38,348 bases of DNA from a virus (lineage: Duplodnaviria > Caudoviricetes): the IMG/VR virus record IMGVR_UViG_3300020399_000005, positions 1-38,348 of that record, one strand, 5' to 3'. The translations under genes were made by a program, and so were the position numbers. Every line of letters starts with the position of its first letter. Position 1 is the first letter of the stretch. Positions 8,557 through 17,961 of the stretch are shown piece after piece. The notes beneath the pieces are model-generated. The model did no database searches. It was not told the origin of the DNA and worked only from the letters and a program-made list of their open reading frames with translations.

Positions 8557-9261
8557 GTGAACATTGAGGATATGAGGTCTTACATTCGATCTGTTGTCGA
8601 AATTGACAGCAGCGATATTTCGGATGTGGTCTTAAATCGTTTCCTTGGTGAAGGCTACGATCAAGTTGTTTATAGCGAGAAGCGTTGGCCTTGGTATGAG
8701 GCAGAAACAACATTTACCACGGTTGCAAGTACAAAAGATTATGCTTTGTCTGCTGTGGGTGCTTCTCTGAGTAATGGTTTAAGAGAAATTCAGGCTTTAC
8801 GCACTGATGACCATATTCTTACGATGTTGGGTAGAGATGCTGCCGATGCGTCGTATCCGTTGGACACTGAAAGTAGCGGGGACCCTTGGTATTGGAGTTT
8901 CTGGGGGGACAGTGCACGGTTGTACCCCACTCCTGCGGGTGGAGAAACCATTTATGTGCGTGGATACAAAAATCCGACTCATTTTGGAGTAAATACTATT
9001 AACGGGACTGGTCCTGATGATTTCCCTGAACCGTTCCACGTTGTAATCGCCACATACGGGATTAGTCGTGCTTACGACCAGCAAGAAGATCCCGATATGG
9101 CTGCTAATTATTTTGGTACCTTTATCAGAGAACTTGATAATCTCCGAGCCAGATATCTTGATGCTCCTGCTCCGCAACCGTTAGTGCTGAATGGTCGTAG
9201 ATCTTCACGTTGGTTGTCTAGCAGTTATTTGCCGTATCGTCTTAGGTATTCCTGGGAGTAG
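8557..9261 (+). CDS. head-tail adaptor (tail tubular protein A-like)
   Basis: position; RLYPTP and DFPEPFH motifs typical of podovirus adaptors; AAGGAG SD. Confidence 0.7.
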   Translation: MNIEDMRSYIRSVVEIDSSDISDVVLNRFLGEGYDQVVYSEKRWPWYEAETTFTTVASTKDYALSAVGASLSNGLREIQALRTDDHILTMLGRDAADASYPLDTESSGDPWYWSFWGDSARLYPTPAGGETIYVRGYKNPTHFGVNTINGTGPDDFPEPFHVVIATYGISRAYDQQEDPDMAANYFGTFIRELDNLRARYLDAPAPQPLVLNGRRSSRWLSSSYLPYRLRYSWE

Positions 9262-10833
9262 ATGATGGCGCGACCTGGGTTTAAGCTGGATATGCTTCAA
9301 GATTTTAGTGGTGGTTTGAACTTTCGTTCTGACCAGTTCAATTTGGCGTCCTCGGAAAGCCCTGGCATGCTAAATGTTGATGTGGACCCCAGGGGTGGCA
9401 TCAAAATGCGGTTAGGGATTAACAAAAGAAATGCCACTGCGTTGAACTCGAACGTCACTGGTTTGAGTCAGTTCACGCCCGATGGGGGAACGGCCCGAGT
9501 TATCTGTTCGTACGGTACGACGGTTGCAGAGTCAACTACTGGTGATTTCACTAGCTTGGCTGGAGTTTCCGTCACCAATGGCGAACGCTTGTACGGCCAA
9601 ACAACAAACTCTAAGTTTTATGGGGTATCAGGCACCAGTCCGTCGTTTAGTTATGACGGAACAACTGCATCGAACCTTGCATCCAACGTAGACGGTTCAG
9701 CAGGGAACTACCCAATAGCGAAATATACGTGCCATTGGAACAATCACGCCTGGGTTGCTCACACAACGGAAAGCGGTACTGCTTATCCCAACCGTCTTCG
9801 ATGGTCGAAACTTGATGATCCTGAATCTTGGCGAGAATTTGATTACATAGGTGTCAACGTGGGAGAAAGGGGCGATGAGCTATCTGGTCTTGTTCCTTTT
9901 GCTGATCGAATGCTGGTATTCAAAACGAACAGCGTTTATGCGCTGTTCGGAAGTAGCACTGAGTCGTTTCAGTTGCACGCTTTGACTCAGGATGTTGGTT
10001 CTGTATCCAACTCCTCACCTGTTTCCACTCCGTATGGGGTGTTCTTCTGGTACGACCGCCAAGGCGTATGGATGTACAACGGTGAACGGTTTGTTTGGGT
10101 ATTTGACAAGCTCATGCCAGCTATTGACGATGGCCGTCTTCAGTTCAATAGTCCTCCGCAGCTTGCTTGGTTTAAGAACCGTTTGTATGTCTCCGTTGAT
10201 TGGAGCGACACAGGATCGTCTACTACCACTCGTCGGGTGTTGATATATGATCCGACGTTGGGTGAGACTGGTGCTTGGACAATGACAGATATCGACGCAA
10301 ATGTCATGTTGACGTTTGCGCCACCCAACGATCAACAAGATCTTTTGGGTGCGTGCCAAGCAAACATAGGTCGAGTTATCCATTTGGAACAAAATTTAGA
10401 AACAGATTTCTATGGGGCATCCAGTTCCCATATCGCTAGCTCGTATACAACCAGTTGGATGGTTGGTGGTAACCCTATTGTTCGTAAGCGTTGGGGAAAA
10501 CCTCGGATTGTTGTGAGTTCCGATAATACGGTTGCTCTGGAAGCGTTGCTGTATACGGATTATGACAGTTCTACTTTCACGAAAACAATGCCTTTCGGGG
10601 TTCAGGTTGGTACCCAAACGGGTTCTACCTGGGATTCAGGCATTTGGGGAGAGGACGCTAGTCAGGCGAATTGGTCTGGCGCACCGAACACTGATGTCAC
10701 GAATATCGAGCGTTTGCCTACGCTTGGGACAGCTAAGGCTATACAAATGAAGATCAATGGTCCCACATCTACAGATGAGGCTTGGGAAGTGAACGCTATG
10801 GCGTTCACCTACCTGCACAGGAGATTGCGTTAA
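9262..10833 (+). CDS. tail nozzle / stabilisation protein (beta-propeller)
   Basis: DFSGGLN start, NRLRWSKLDDPESW, beta-rich 523 aa after adaptor. Confidence 0.7.
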   Translation: MMARPGFKLDMLQDFSGGLNFRSDQFNLASSESPGMLNVDVDPRGGIKMRLGINKRNATALNSNVTGLSQFTPDGGTARVICSYGTTVAESTTGDFTSLAGVSVTNGERLYGQTTNSKFYGVSGTSPSFSYDGTTASNLASNVDGSAGNYPIAKYTCHWNNHAWVAHTTESGTAYPNRLRWSKLDDPESWREFDYIGVNVGERGDELSGLVPFADRMLVFKTNSVYALFGSSTESFQLHALTQDVGSVSNSSPVSTPYGVFFWYDRQGVWMYNGERFVWVFDKLMPAIDDGRLQFNSPPQLAWFKNRLYVSVDWSDTGSSTTTRRVLIYDPTLGETGAWTMTDIDANVMLTFAPPNDQQDLLGACQANIGRVIHLEQNLETDFYGASSSHIASSYTTSWMVGGNPIVRKRWGKPRIVVSSDNTVALEALLYTDYDSSTFTKTMPFGVQVGTQTGSTWDSGIWGEDASQANWSGAPNTDVTNIERLPTLGTAKAIQMKINGPTSTDEAWEVNAMAFTYLHRRLR

Positions 10834-12134
10834 TGGTCAATTTTGCTTACCCACACGGGGCCAATGCTGGCGATGCGATTCTCGCTAACTCTCATAACGC
10901 CAACTGGAACTATCTAAAGAACTTTATAGATGGTGTTGCTCTCGACTTGTCCACGTACCCAGGGTTGTTGAAACAAAACAATCCTACTGCTACGGGGACG
11001 TTGACTGCTTCTGGAACTGTTTCTCTTGGTGGTTCTGATTCTTTGTATTTGAATAGCACGCAATATAACGTTATTGGTTTGAGTACTGGTACTGATATTA
11101 ATGCTCAGACTGCTGGAAGTTTCTTAAAGGATCTTAACTATCGAGCAAATTTCTTAAGCGCGTCAGCGCCAGGTGGCGTTGCTGGTCCTGGCAATAACAC
11201 TCACTGGCTTTCTTACGGTTTAGATATAGCTAGCGGTGTTTATGCTGGCAACTATCTATCCGAGAGTCACCGTTATTCGGTGTACTCTCGTCGTGCTGGC
11301 GACGGGTGGGGAGGACCATATGATGGTCGTCCTGCTTCCGAATATCGTTTAGTTATTAATGGTTCTATGGCAATTCGTGGAGACATTATTGGCTATTCAG
11401 CTTTCAACGAAAGCGTGCCTGGAACTTCAACTGATTACTTAGAAGGCGAAGGCACTCGTATTAATTGCCAGTGGTTGAATGTCGCAGCGAATGTTGACGT
11501 AAATGGCTACATCAGGGTGATGACTAAATACGATTACGCCAATTTATTTATGGGCAATGACTACGATCATCCTGGTGAAGATTATCTTCAATGGAACGAT
11601 AATATTCATTCAAGTCAACCTGGGTTTGCGTTTCACATAAACGGCACTTCTGCTACAAACATGAGTGGTCGTGTTCTTTCTATCTCGAAAGATGCGAGCA
11701 ACTACGTGGATGTCCGTGCTCCTGTAGGCCAATATCCTGCATCGACAGGACCAACTACTGCTGGTTGGCCGACGATCTCAGGAACCGCAGCGCATATTGA
11801 TACGGGCACCCAACGCCTTGGGGTTTCTTCTTCGTCTATTCGTTTCAAAGAAGATGTGGAAGATCTTGTAGCTGAAGAGAACTGGGAAAAACTTCGGGCT
11901 TTGAAGCCTCGCACGTTCCGTTGGAACCGTGAAGTAGCTGATCGCTCTAGCTTGGATTATGAAACTCAGATCCCAGAGCTAGGGTTTATCGCTGAGGAAG
12001 TTCACGAAGTGGCACCTGATATGACGTTGTATGACGCTGAAGGTGATCCGATTGTGTATCGAGAGAAGTCGATGCTTGCGATGCTTGTTAAAGCAGTGCA
12101 AGACATCGACAATCGGTTAGGGGCGCTTGAATAA
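10833..12134 (+). CDS. tail fibre/spike with C-terminal intramolecular chaperone (peptidase S74)
   Basis: [12 protein letters not shown]...LKPRTFRWN...GFIAEEV...[12 protein letters not shown]; TAATG coupling at 10833. Confidence 0.85.
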   Translation: MVNFAYPHGANAGDAILANSHNANWNYLKNFIDGVALDLSTYPGLLKQNNPTATGTLTASGTVSLGGSDSLYLNSTQYNVIGLSTGTDINAQTAGSFLKDLNYRANFLSASAPGGVAGPGNNTHWLSYGLDIASGVYAGNYLSESHRYSVYSRRAGDGWGGPYDGRPASEYRLVINGSMAIRGDIIGYSAFNESVPGTSTDYLEGEGTRINCQWLNVAANVDVNGYIRVMTKYDYANLFMGNDYDHPGEDYLQWNDNIHSSQPGFAFHINGTSATNMSGRVLSISKDASNYVDVRAPVGQYPASTGPTTAGWPTISGTAAHIDTGTQRLGVSSSSIRFKEDVEDLVAEENWEKLRALKPRTFRWNREVADRSSLDYETQIPELGFIAEEVHEVAPDMTLYDAEGDPIVYREKSMLAMLVKAVQDIDNRLGALE

Positions 12135-12781
12135 TGCCCACAGGTGCAACATACGTTCAGGACGTAGGTGGAGGAACAAACCTCATTTCCTATGCCGATG
12201 GCTTCCGCTATCAAGGCGTGTGGTCCATAGGCACCTCATATTCTATTGGTGATCTTGTCGAGTACAGCAACGCATCTTATGTTGCACGCACAGCGCACTC
12301 TGCGGTTACCCCAGGCACGAATGCAAGCTACTGGCAAGTAATTTCTGGTCAGGGTGGCGCTGGTGGCCCTGGTCCCGCTGGAGCCTCAGGCCCCCAAGGC
12401 CCATCAGGTCCAACTGGCCCAGATGGAGCAACCATTCTTAGCGGTATAGGTGACCCACAGGGGGGTACAGGCACCGATGGCGACTACTACATTAATGTAT
12501 CCAACGACTATTTCTTTGGACCGAAAGCTAGCGGTGTTTGGCCTGCTGGGTTTGATTTGGTTGGTCCGCAAGGACCAATCGGGAACACGGGACCAACTGG
12601 ACCAGTTGGCCCGTTGGGTCCACCTGGGGGGCCACCTGGACCAACAGGTCCAACAGGTCCGCAAGGAGTCGTAGGTCCAGCAGGTGACGCAGCAGGAGTT
12701 GTCAACGGTGGTGTTCCTGCCTCAAGTTCTAACGGCGACTACGGCGGGGTCACGCCGATAGACGCAGGAGGGGTTACATAA
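12134..12781 (+). CDS. collagen-like tail fibre protein
   Basis: Gly-Pro-X repeats; N-terminal [19 protein letters not shown] carbohydrate-binding-like motif; GTDGDYYIN motif. Confidence 0.8.
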   Translation: MPTGATYVQDVGGGTNLISYADGFRYQGVWSIGTSYSIGDLVEYSNASYVARTAHSAVTPGTNASYWQVISGQGGAGGPGPAGASGPQGPSGPTGPDGATILSGIGDPQGGTGTDGDYYINVSNDYFFGPKASGVWPAGFDLVGPQGPIGNTGPTGPVGPLGPPGGPPGPTGPTGPQGVVGPAGDAAGVVNGGVPASSSNGDYGGVTPIDAGGVT

Positions 12782-13084
12782 ATGCCAATTCAGATTCAGT
12801 TCCGTCGAGGAACGTACGCCGAATGGGTTGCTGCTGACCCCACAATGGCTGCTGGAGAGTTCGCTCTCCAAACGGATGCTGGCGGTGGACAGATCGCAGG
12901 CCAGTTCAAGGTCGGTGATGGCGCTACCGCTTGGAGTTCACTGGCTTACGGTGGCGTAACAGGTCCGACTGGACCAACAGGTCCTCATGGTACTTCTGTC
13001 AACAACCTTGACGGGGGCATAGCAAGTACTAATTACGGTGGCATTGGCGCTACCGCTGATGGCGGAAACGCACAAGGAATATAA
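12782..13084 (+). CDS. short fibre protein with Mtd-N-like domain
   Basis: IQIQFRRGTYAEW...GEF...FKVGDGATAWSSLAY plus short GPT repeat. Confidence 0.75.
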   Translation: MPIQIQFRRGTYAEWVAADPTMAAGEFALQTDAGGGQIAGQFKVGDGATAWSSLAYGGVTGPTGPTGPHGTSVNNLDGGIASTNYGGIGATADGGNAQGI

Positions 13085-13563
13085 TGGCTGTTCAAATACA
13101 ACTTCGTCGTGACACCGCTGCCAACTGGGCTAGCGCCAACCCGACACTCGCTTTGGGCGAGTTCGGGATGGAAACTGACACCATGTTTTACAAGATTGGT
13201 GACGGCACGACCGCATGGAATTCGCAAGCGTATGCGGAGCTTGCTGGTACAGACAAGTTCACCATTGACGAGCAAACAGGTACCGCTTATACGTTGACTG
13301 CTGCTAATGCTGGTCAATTCATGAAAATGAATAACGCTGCGGCAACCACGTTGACGGTGCCACCTAACTCCAGTGTCGCTTTCGACATTGGAGTAACGGT
13401 CACCGTTATCCAATACGGTGCAGGACAGGTCACGTTGACTCCTGGCGCTGGCGTAACCATCTACTCGTATGGCGCTGCATTAGGATTATCAGGCCAGTAC
13501 GCCCAAGCAGTTCTCACCAAATGTGCCACTGATCTTTGGGTTGCGGCGGGACTGTTGGCGTAA
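13084..13563 (+). CDS. fibre protein with Mtd-N-like domain
   Basis: VQIQLRRDTAANW...GEFGMETDT...KIGDGTTAWN; C-terminal TLTVPPNSSVAF.IG beta domain. Confidence 0.75.
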   Translation: MAVQIQLRRDTAANWASANPTLALGEFGMETDTMFYKIGDGTTAWNSQAYAELAGTDKFTIDEQTGTAYTLTAANAGQFMKMNNAAATTLTVPPNSSVAFDIGVTVTVIQYGAGQVTLTPGAGVTIYSYGAALGLSGQYAQAVLTKCATDLWVAAGLLA

Positions 13564-14147
13564 TGGCTGGTGTAACGACTGCTGCCCGAATGGGCATAGG
13601 AGCTATTTCTGGCACACAGGCTCTTGCTCCTGTGGATAGATGGAAGTTCCTTGGTCACTGGAATTTGGCTACCAATAGTTACATTTATGGTATTGAAGCT
13701 CTAGCCAACACCCACGGCGTTCAAGACCTGATGATTTACGGACAAGCGTCAAATCAAAGTAGTCAGACAGGATGGGGGTACATGACGCTCCAGAACAGTG
13801 GCGGCAGTTCTTGGAGTAATGAGAGGATGCGCTACCAGGGGGGGGCAATTGGAAATTCGTGGTCTGGTACCACGGCCTACACCGTCGAGGTATACAACAG
13901 CGGTTATTCAGATAACGCAAACTTTTGGCACTGCCATGTTCAGAATGCTTTTCTAGATGACCGACCTAAACTCGTAGAAACAACCTATTCAACCATATTT
14001 GGCAATCAAAGTTACAACGCTGTGGGTGGAAGCGTATGTTGGTGGAGCGCCAACCAAAAGATAGACAGAATGTATGTTTACGATAACTATGGCTCTGGTG
14101 CTGTCAACTACCAGCATTACTGTTTATATGGTTCGATCAGGAAGTAG
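13563..14147 (+). CDS. putative tail-tip/receptor-binding beta protein
   Basis: TAATG-coupled; Asn/Gly/Ser/Tyr/Trp-rich; ends LYG. Confidence 0.6.
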   Translation: MAGVTTAARMGIGAISGTQALAPVDRWKFLGHWNLATNSYIYGIEALANTHGVQDLMIYGQASNQSSQTGWGYMTLQNSGGSSWSNERMRYQGGAIGNSWSGTTAYTVEVYNSGYSDNANFWHCHVQNAFLDDRPKLVETTYSTIFGNQSYNAVGGSVCWWSANQKIDRMYVYDNYGSGAVNYQHYCLYGSIRK

Positions 14148-14149
14148 AT

Positions 14150-14800
14150 ATGGCTGGTTACTGTAAAGAACTTGCTCGAACAGAGATTACGTCAAATAGC
14201 GGTCCCACGGCTGTGGAACTTTCTTGGTCTTTGCCTGGGGGTTGCACTTCGCTTTGGATTGAAGCGAATTACGCTGTTGCTGGTACGGCCAGCAACAAAA
14301 TGAGAATGAAGTGGAATGGGGCATGGTTGGGGGGAAATAATGCTGCTGCTAAAGATAGTTACCTTATTCAGCAGATAGAAGAATACTCTCACGATATGTT
14401 TCGGGGTCAGCACAACGACTTAAACACAGGTGCTAACGGCAACCGCAACGAGTACGGTTTCCAGATCGAATGCTCACCAAACAATTACTTTTGGTATGAC
14501 ACAACCAACAGTAATGAACCTTGGCCGACGCAAGGTCTACTTGGTTACGTTTTGAGTCCTGCAACTACTGACAATATGAAGATGCCTATGTTCCAATACT
14601 GGAATGTTTCCAGTAGCAATAACATTACTATTGATGCCAGTTATTCGTGGTCGCAGCGATGGGGGAGCGGAGTCATAGATCCTTATGCTCACGACGCAGT
14701 AACTAAAGCGAAGTTTTCGTCTATCAGGTTTGAGTGCGGAGATTCAACTGAGCGTTTTGCCAATAAATCTACTTTTGCGGTTCACGCATACGGAGCATAA
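14150..14800 (+). CDS. putative tail-tip/receptor-binding beta protein
   Basis: similar size and composition to neighbours; ends FANKSTFAVHAYG. Confidence 0.6.
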   Translation: MAGYCKELARTEITSNSGPTAVELSWSLPGGCTSLWIEANYAVAGTASNKMRMKWNGAWLGGNNAAAKDSYLIQQIEEYSHDMFRGQHNDLNTGANGNRNEYGFQIECSPNNYFWYDTTNSNEPWPTQGLLGYVLSPATTDNMKMPMFQYWNVSSSNNITIDASYSWSQRWGSGVIDPYAHDAVTKAKFSSIRFECGDSTERFANKSTFAVHAYGA

Positions 14801-14802
14801 CG

Positions 14803-15462
14803 ATGGGTCAACCTGTAAAACAGTTCTTCACCTCAACACTTACGACTGCTGTTAGCGAAATCAAAATTATTAATCTGAATGCTTCTGGTAACCGTTCCAC
14901 AAATACGGGTACGGAGGGTATGGCTTTTCGTACCGAACTAATGATGCCGCAACGACTAACAAATGGTGGCCATACAACGGAAGTCGAGATGCAGTTGGGC
15001 GACAACGCAGGGAACAACTGGAACAACACAGGCTACTATAATCGTCGCTACAACAGGTATGACCATACGGCTGCAAACCAGGGTTGGAGCACCACCAACG
15101 TATCCTGGTCGGGCAGCTACACCTATAGCAGTGCGCTAGTAGGCCGTTTCGTTGGTGCAGGCGGCAATGCTGTGGGCGACGAATACGATGGTGTGAACTC
15201 TGTTGTCATGGACTGGTATGCACCGACCACGCAGCTTGGTCCAGTTCCAATGTATTGGGGTGCGGGGATGAGTGTCGGATCAGCGACCGATTCGCCTTTT
15301 ACGGGCGAAGTATTTTTTTATAGCGGCTCGTCCCGATCACACACATACTCCTACGGTTTTGGAAGTAACGGCGGTAGTTTCAAGATCTATTGCAACAGCG
15401 GCAATTTCCCTATAGGCACACAGATTACTATGTACGAATTTACAAGAGCCAACAACGAGTAG
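14803..15462 (+). CDS. putative tail-tip/receptor-binding beta protein
   Basis: similar size and composition to neighbours; ends GNFPIGTQITMYE. Confidence 0.6.
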   Translation: MGQPVKQFFTSTLTTAVSEIKIINLNASGNRSTNTGTEGMAFRTELMMPQRLTNGGHTTEVEMQLGDNAGNNWNNTGYYNRRYNRYDHTAANQGWSTTNVSWSGSYTYSSALVGRFVGAGGNAVGDEYDGVNSVVMDWYAPTTQLGPVPMYWGAGMSVGSATDSPFTGEVFFYSGSSRSHTYSYGFGSNGGSFKIYCNSGNFPIGTQITMYEFTRANNE

Positions 15463-15471
15463 GTACAGGAT

Positions 15472-15705
15472 ATGGCAGAAGAAACTAGACCCACAGTTTT
15501 CATTGTTAATGCGTCAACGGGTGAAGAAATCACTCGACTCGTTACTGATGAAGAGTGGGATGCGATGAAACAATCTGACGTTTTATCAGCGGAAACTCGT
15601 GCAGCGGAGGAAGCAACCGAGGCTCAACGTGCTGCGGATAAAGCCTCTGGTGATGCGAAGCTGAAAGCTCTCGGACTTACGGATGATGAGATAGCTGTAC
15701 GATGA
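15472..15705 (+). CDS. putative tail fibre assembly chaperone-like protein
   Basis: NASTGEEITRLVTDEE...KLKALGLTDDEI, a pattern common after fibre genes. Confidence 0.6.
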   Translation: MAEETRPTVFIVNASTGEEITRLVTDEEWDAMKQSDVLSAETRAAEEATEAQRAADKASGDAKLKALGLTDDEIAVR

Positions 15706-15866
15706 GTGCTGATGTGGGTATCGAAGAAGTTATTGCTTCTTTGAGTGAGCGTGGGCAGCTTGAATGGGAAATCGCTTTAATGCGAGTTCACATCAAGCAG
15801 CTTGAGGACGCTGCGTGTACCTGCGATTGTGAGCGGTGCGGTGGGACAGGAACAGGAAAAGAGTAG
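15702..15866 (+). CDS. hypothetical protein (54 aa), C-terminal CTCDCERC
   Basis: read by hand: MSADVGIEEVIASLSERGQLEWEIALMRVHIKQLEDAACTCDCERCGGTGTGKE; ATGA overlap with upstream gene. Confidence 0.6.
   Translation: MSADVGIEEVIASLSERGQLEWEIALMRVHIKQLEDAACTCDCERCGGTGTGKE
15842..15866 (+). promoter_or_regulatory. candidate late promoter TGGGACA-N15-TAG
   Basis: immediately before AGGAGG SD of the internal virion protein block. Confidence 0.4.
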
Positions 15867-15874
15867 GAGGACTG

Positions 15875-16648
15875 ATGGCTATAGATACTTACGGTTCCTG
15901 GAAGGGTCACGGGAAACCTGTCAAAAGGTCTCCTCGTGCAGTTGCGCGCTTTAAGTCAGACTGGGGAAATCGTGGATCGAACGCTGCTAGAGGTCTGAAC
16001 ACAAGTATCAACACCTTGGGGGGGTTCCTGGGCAACACCTCGGCCTTTAAGAATCTTAAGCGTCCTCTAAGTGCTGAGGGTACTTGGGGGAATCAATCCT
16101 CTGATTTCGCGAGTGGGTTTAATAGTTCGCTAGCAGATATATCTTCTGCTGTTTATGGGGGATTAAGCGGAGGCAGGGTGAGGATGCCTGCTGCTGGTTG
16201 GAAGCCAGGACTTCCAGGTGATTATCCTCTTGTTAGAAACAGGACTTTTGGGAATCCTCGTACGACTATGGCTGCTCAAATTCAGAATGCCATAACTAAG
16301 GCACAGCTTGGGATGAATCGAAGCGATCTGCTTGGTACTGCTGCGATGACGTTAGGTGACATAGAGCGTGCTGGCTTACGTCACGATGAACAGTTGAAGG
16401 ACCGACTGAATGCTAGGGGGGTTTCTGATGGGGGAATTTGGCAAAAAACATTGGGGGATTCTGTTGGGGACAGGGTTCGTTACAAGGGTCGAACTCGGAA
16501 CGCTTTGCAGCGGGGGTTGCGTAATCTAAGTCTGAGTGCTGATCAAGCGGATCTGCGTCATTTCCAAACAGATACTAATTCTGCGCTCGCTGACGCTGAT
16601 CAGATAAGGGCGAGTGTTGCGGCGAAGGTTAAGGAGTTTAGTGTCTAA
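15875..16648 (+). CDS. putative internal virion (ejection) protein
   Basis: AGGAGG SD; basic, Gly/Ala-rich helical; first of three genes in podovirus ejection-protein position. Confidence 0.55.
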   Translation: MAIDTYGSWKGHGKPVKRSPRAVARFKSDWGNRGSNAARGLNTSINTLGGFLGNTSAFKNLKRPLSAEGTWGNQSSDFASGFNSSLADISSAVYGGLSGGRVRMPAAGWKPGLPGDYPLVRNRTFGNPRTTMAAQIQNAITKAQLGMNRSDLLGTAAMTLGDIERAGLRHDEQLKDRLNARGVSDGGIWQKTLGDSVGDRVRYKGRTRNALQRGLRNLSLSADQADLRHFQTDTNSALADADQIRASVAAKVKEFSV

Positions 16649-17958
16649 TGGCCCTCGGTGACTCCAAACCCAAACGATCAGGCAAAGCTAGCCACAGTGA
16701 GCGAAGGTCACGGTATAAAGAATCGAAACCTACCCCACGTATTCCAGAGCACTGGAGAGGGGAAGGTATCCCTGGTCAGAAGGTTCGCCAACTAAACCAG
16801 GATTACAAGGGCACTCCGACGCCACCTGGACTTCCGAGTGGCGGCGTTTTAGAGTACATTCTTCGACCAGACGGCCCATGGAAACGGCAGCAACGTGCCG
16901 ATGGTTCCCTCTCACAGGAAAGAGGAAACCCCAATTTTCTTGCCTCTGCTTTTGGAGACATGGTTGGGCGAATGGACGATCAGGCCGACCGTGTTGTCGC
17001 CCCTCGTGACCCTAACGCTCCTTTGAGTCGTAGAGAAACAACCCCTTATGATGATCCTTGGACAACGGGTCAATACACCCCTGGGTATCAGCCTCCTCCC
17101 GAAGAGCGAGATCTATGGGACCAATACCACGACCTCCAAGAAAGTTTTATCAAAGAAGGGGCTGCGACTGCACGAACTACGATAAAGGACTACCAGGACT
17201 TTGGTTTGGAACAGCTTGGTCTTGACGAATCAGCATTAGGTGTTCAGATAGAGGCTCGGGAAGCTCAAACCATTGGTTTGATGCTAGAGCAGGAAGAAAT
17301 TCGGAACGATGACTACGAAATGCTTACGGAGGGGCAAGGTGGAGATGTTAAGGCCCAAAACATTTATTTAGCAGAACTAGGGATAGACGATCCTGAGTTG
17401 TTTACTACTGATCCTGCCAACGAATCTGCTGCTCTGCTTGGAGCCAGCTACCGTGCTGGCGCTGAGGTAGGGCGAACCATTCAGCACCAAGTCAATTTTG
17501 CTGCCAACTCTATTGATTCGATGATTGCAAGCGGCTTCTCCCAAAGCCGTCAGGATCTTATGTTTAACGTTCTGGAGAAAGATTTAGCGCTTGATAGATA
17601 TGTGTCCGAGAATCTCGCCAAGGTTGAGTTGGCGAGGATGCAGAAAAAGATTGACGATGAGGAGGCATCCGACGCAGCAAAGGCGGTGGCTGATTACGCC
17701 GTAGAGCTTGTACCTATGTTGGGTCTAAACGCTAACTTGATTATGGCTATGGAGCAGTTCGACCTCTTGGATCCGTTCGTTGATCAACTTTGGGCACCTG
17801 ACGAGGAACAGTACTACTCGGTTGATCCCATGAATCCCAACCAAAGGCTTGCGAACGAACAGATCGCGTCGAATCAAGACATCTATAAGAAACAGCTAGA
17901 GATCATTGATGCAGAAGAAAACCTTAAAGGCATGTATGACTATGACATTAGGCGATAG
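16648..17958 (+). CDS. putative internal virion (ejection) protein
   Basis: 436 aa, Pro-rich basic N-terminus and acidic helical C-terminus; TAATG-coupled. Confidence 0.55.
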   Translation: MALGDSKPKRSGKASHSERRSRYKESKPTPRIPEHWRGEGIPGQKVRQLNQDYKGTPTPPGLPSGGVLEYILRPDGPWKRQQRADGSLSQERGNPNFLASAFGDMVGRMDDQADRVVAPRDPNAPLSRRETTPYDDPWTTGQYTPGYQPPPEERDLWDQYHDLQESFIKEGAATARTTIKDYQDFGLEQLGLDESALGVQIEAREAQTIGLMLEQEEIRNDDYEMLTEGQGGDVKAQNIYLAELGIDDPELFTTDPANESAALLGASYRAGAEVGRTIQHQVNFAANSIDSMIASGFSQSRQDLMFNVLEKDLALDRYVSENLAKVELARMQKKIDDEEASDAAKAVADYAVELVPMLGLNANLIMAMEQFDLLDPFVDQLWAPDEEQYYSVDPMNPNQRLANEQIASNQDIYKKQLEIIDAEENLKGMYDYDIRR

Positions 17959-17961
17959 CCA

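Noticed and set aside
12782-15462. Diversity-generating retroelement suggested by Mtd-N-like domains and Asn-rich genes
   Set aside because: No reverse transcriptase ORF, and I saw no TR/VR near-duplicate differing at adenines.
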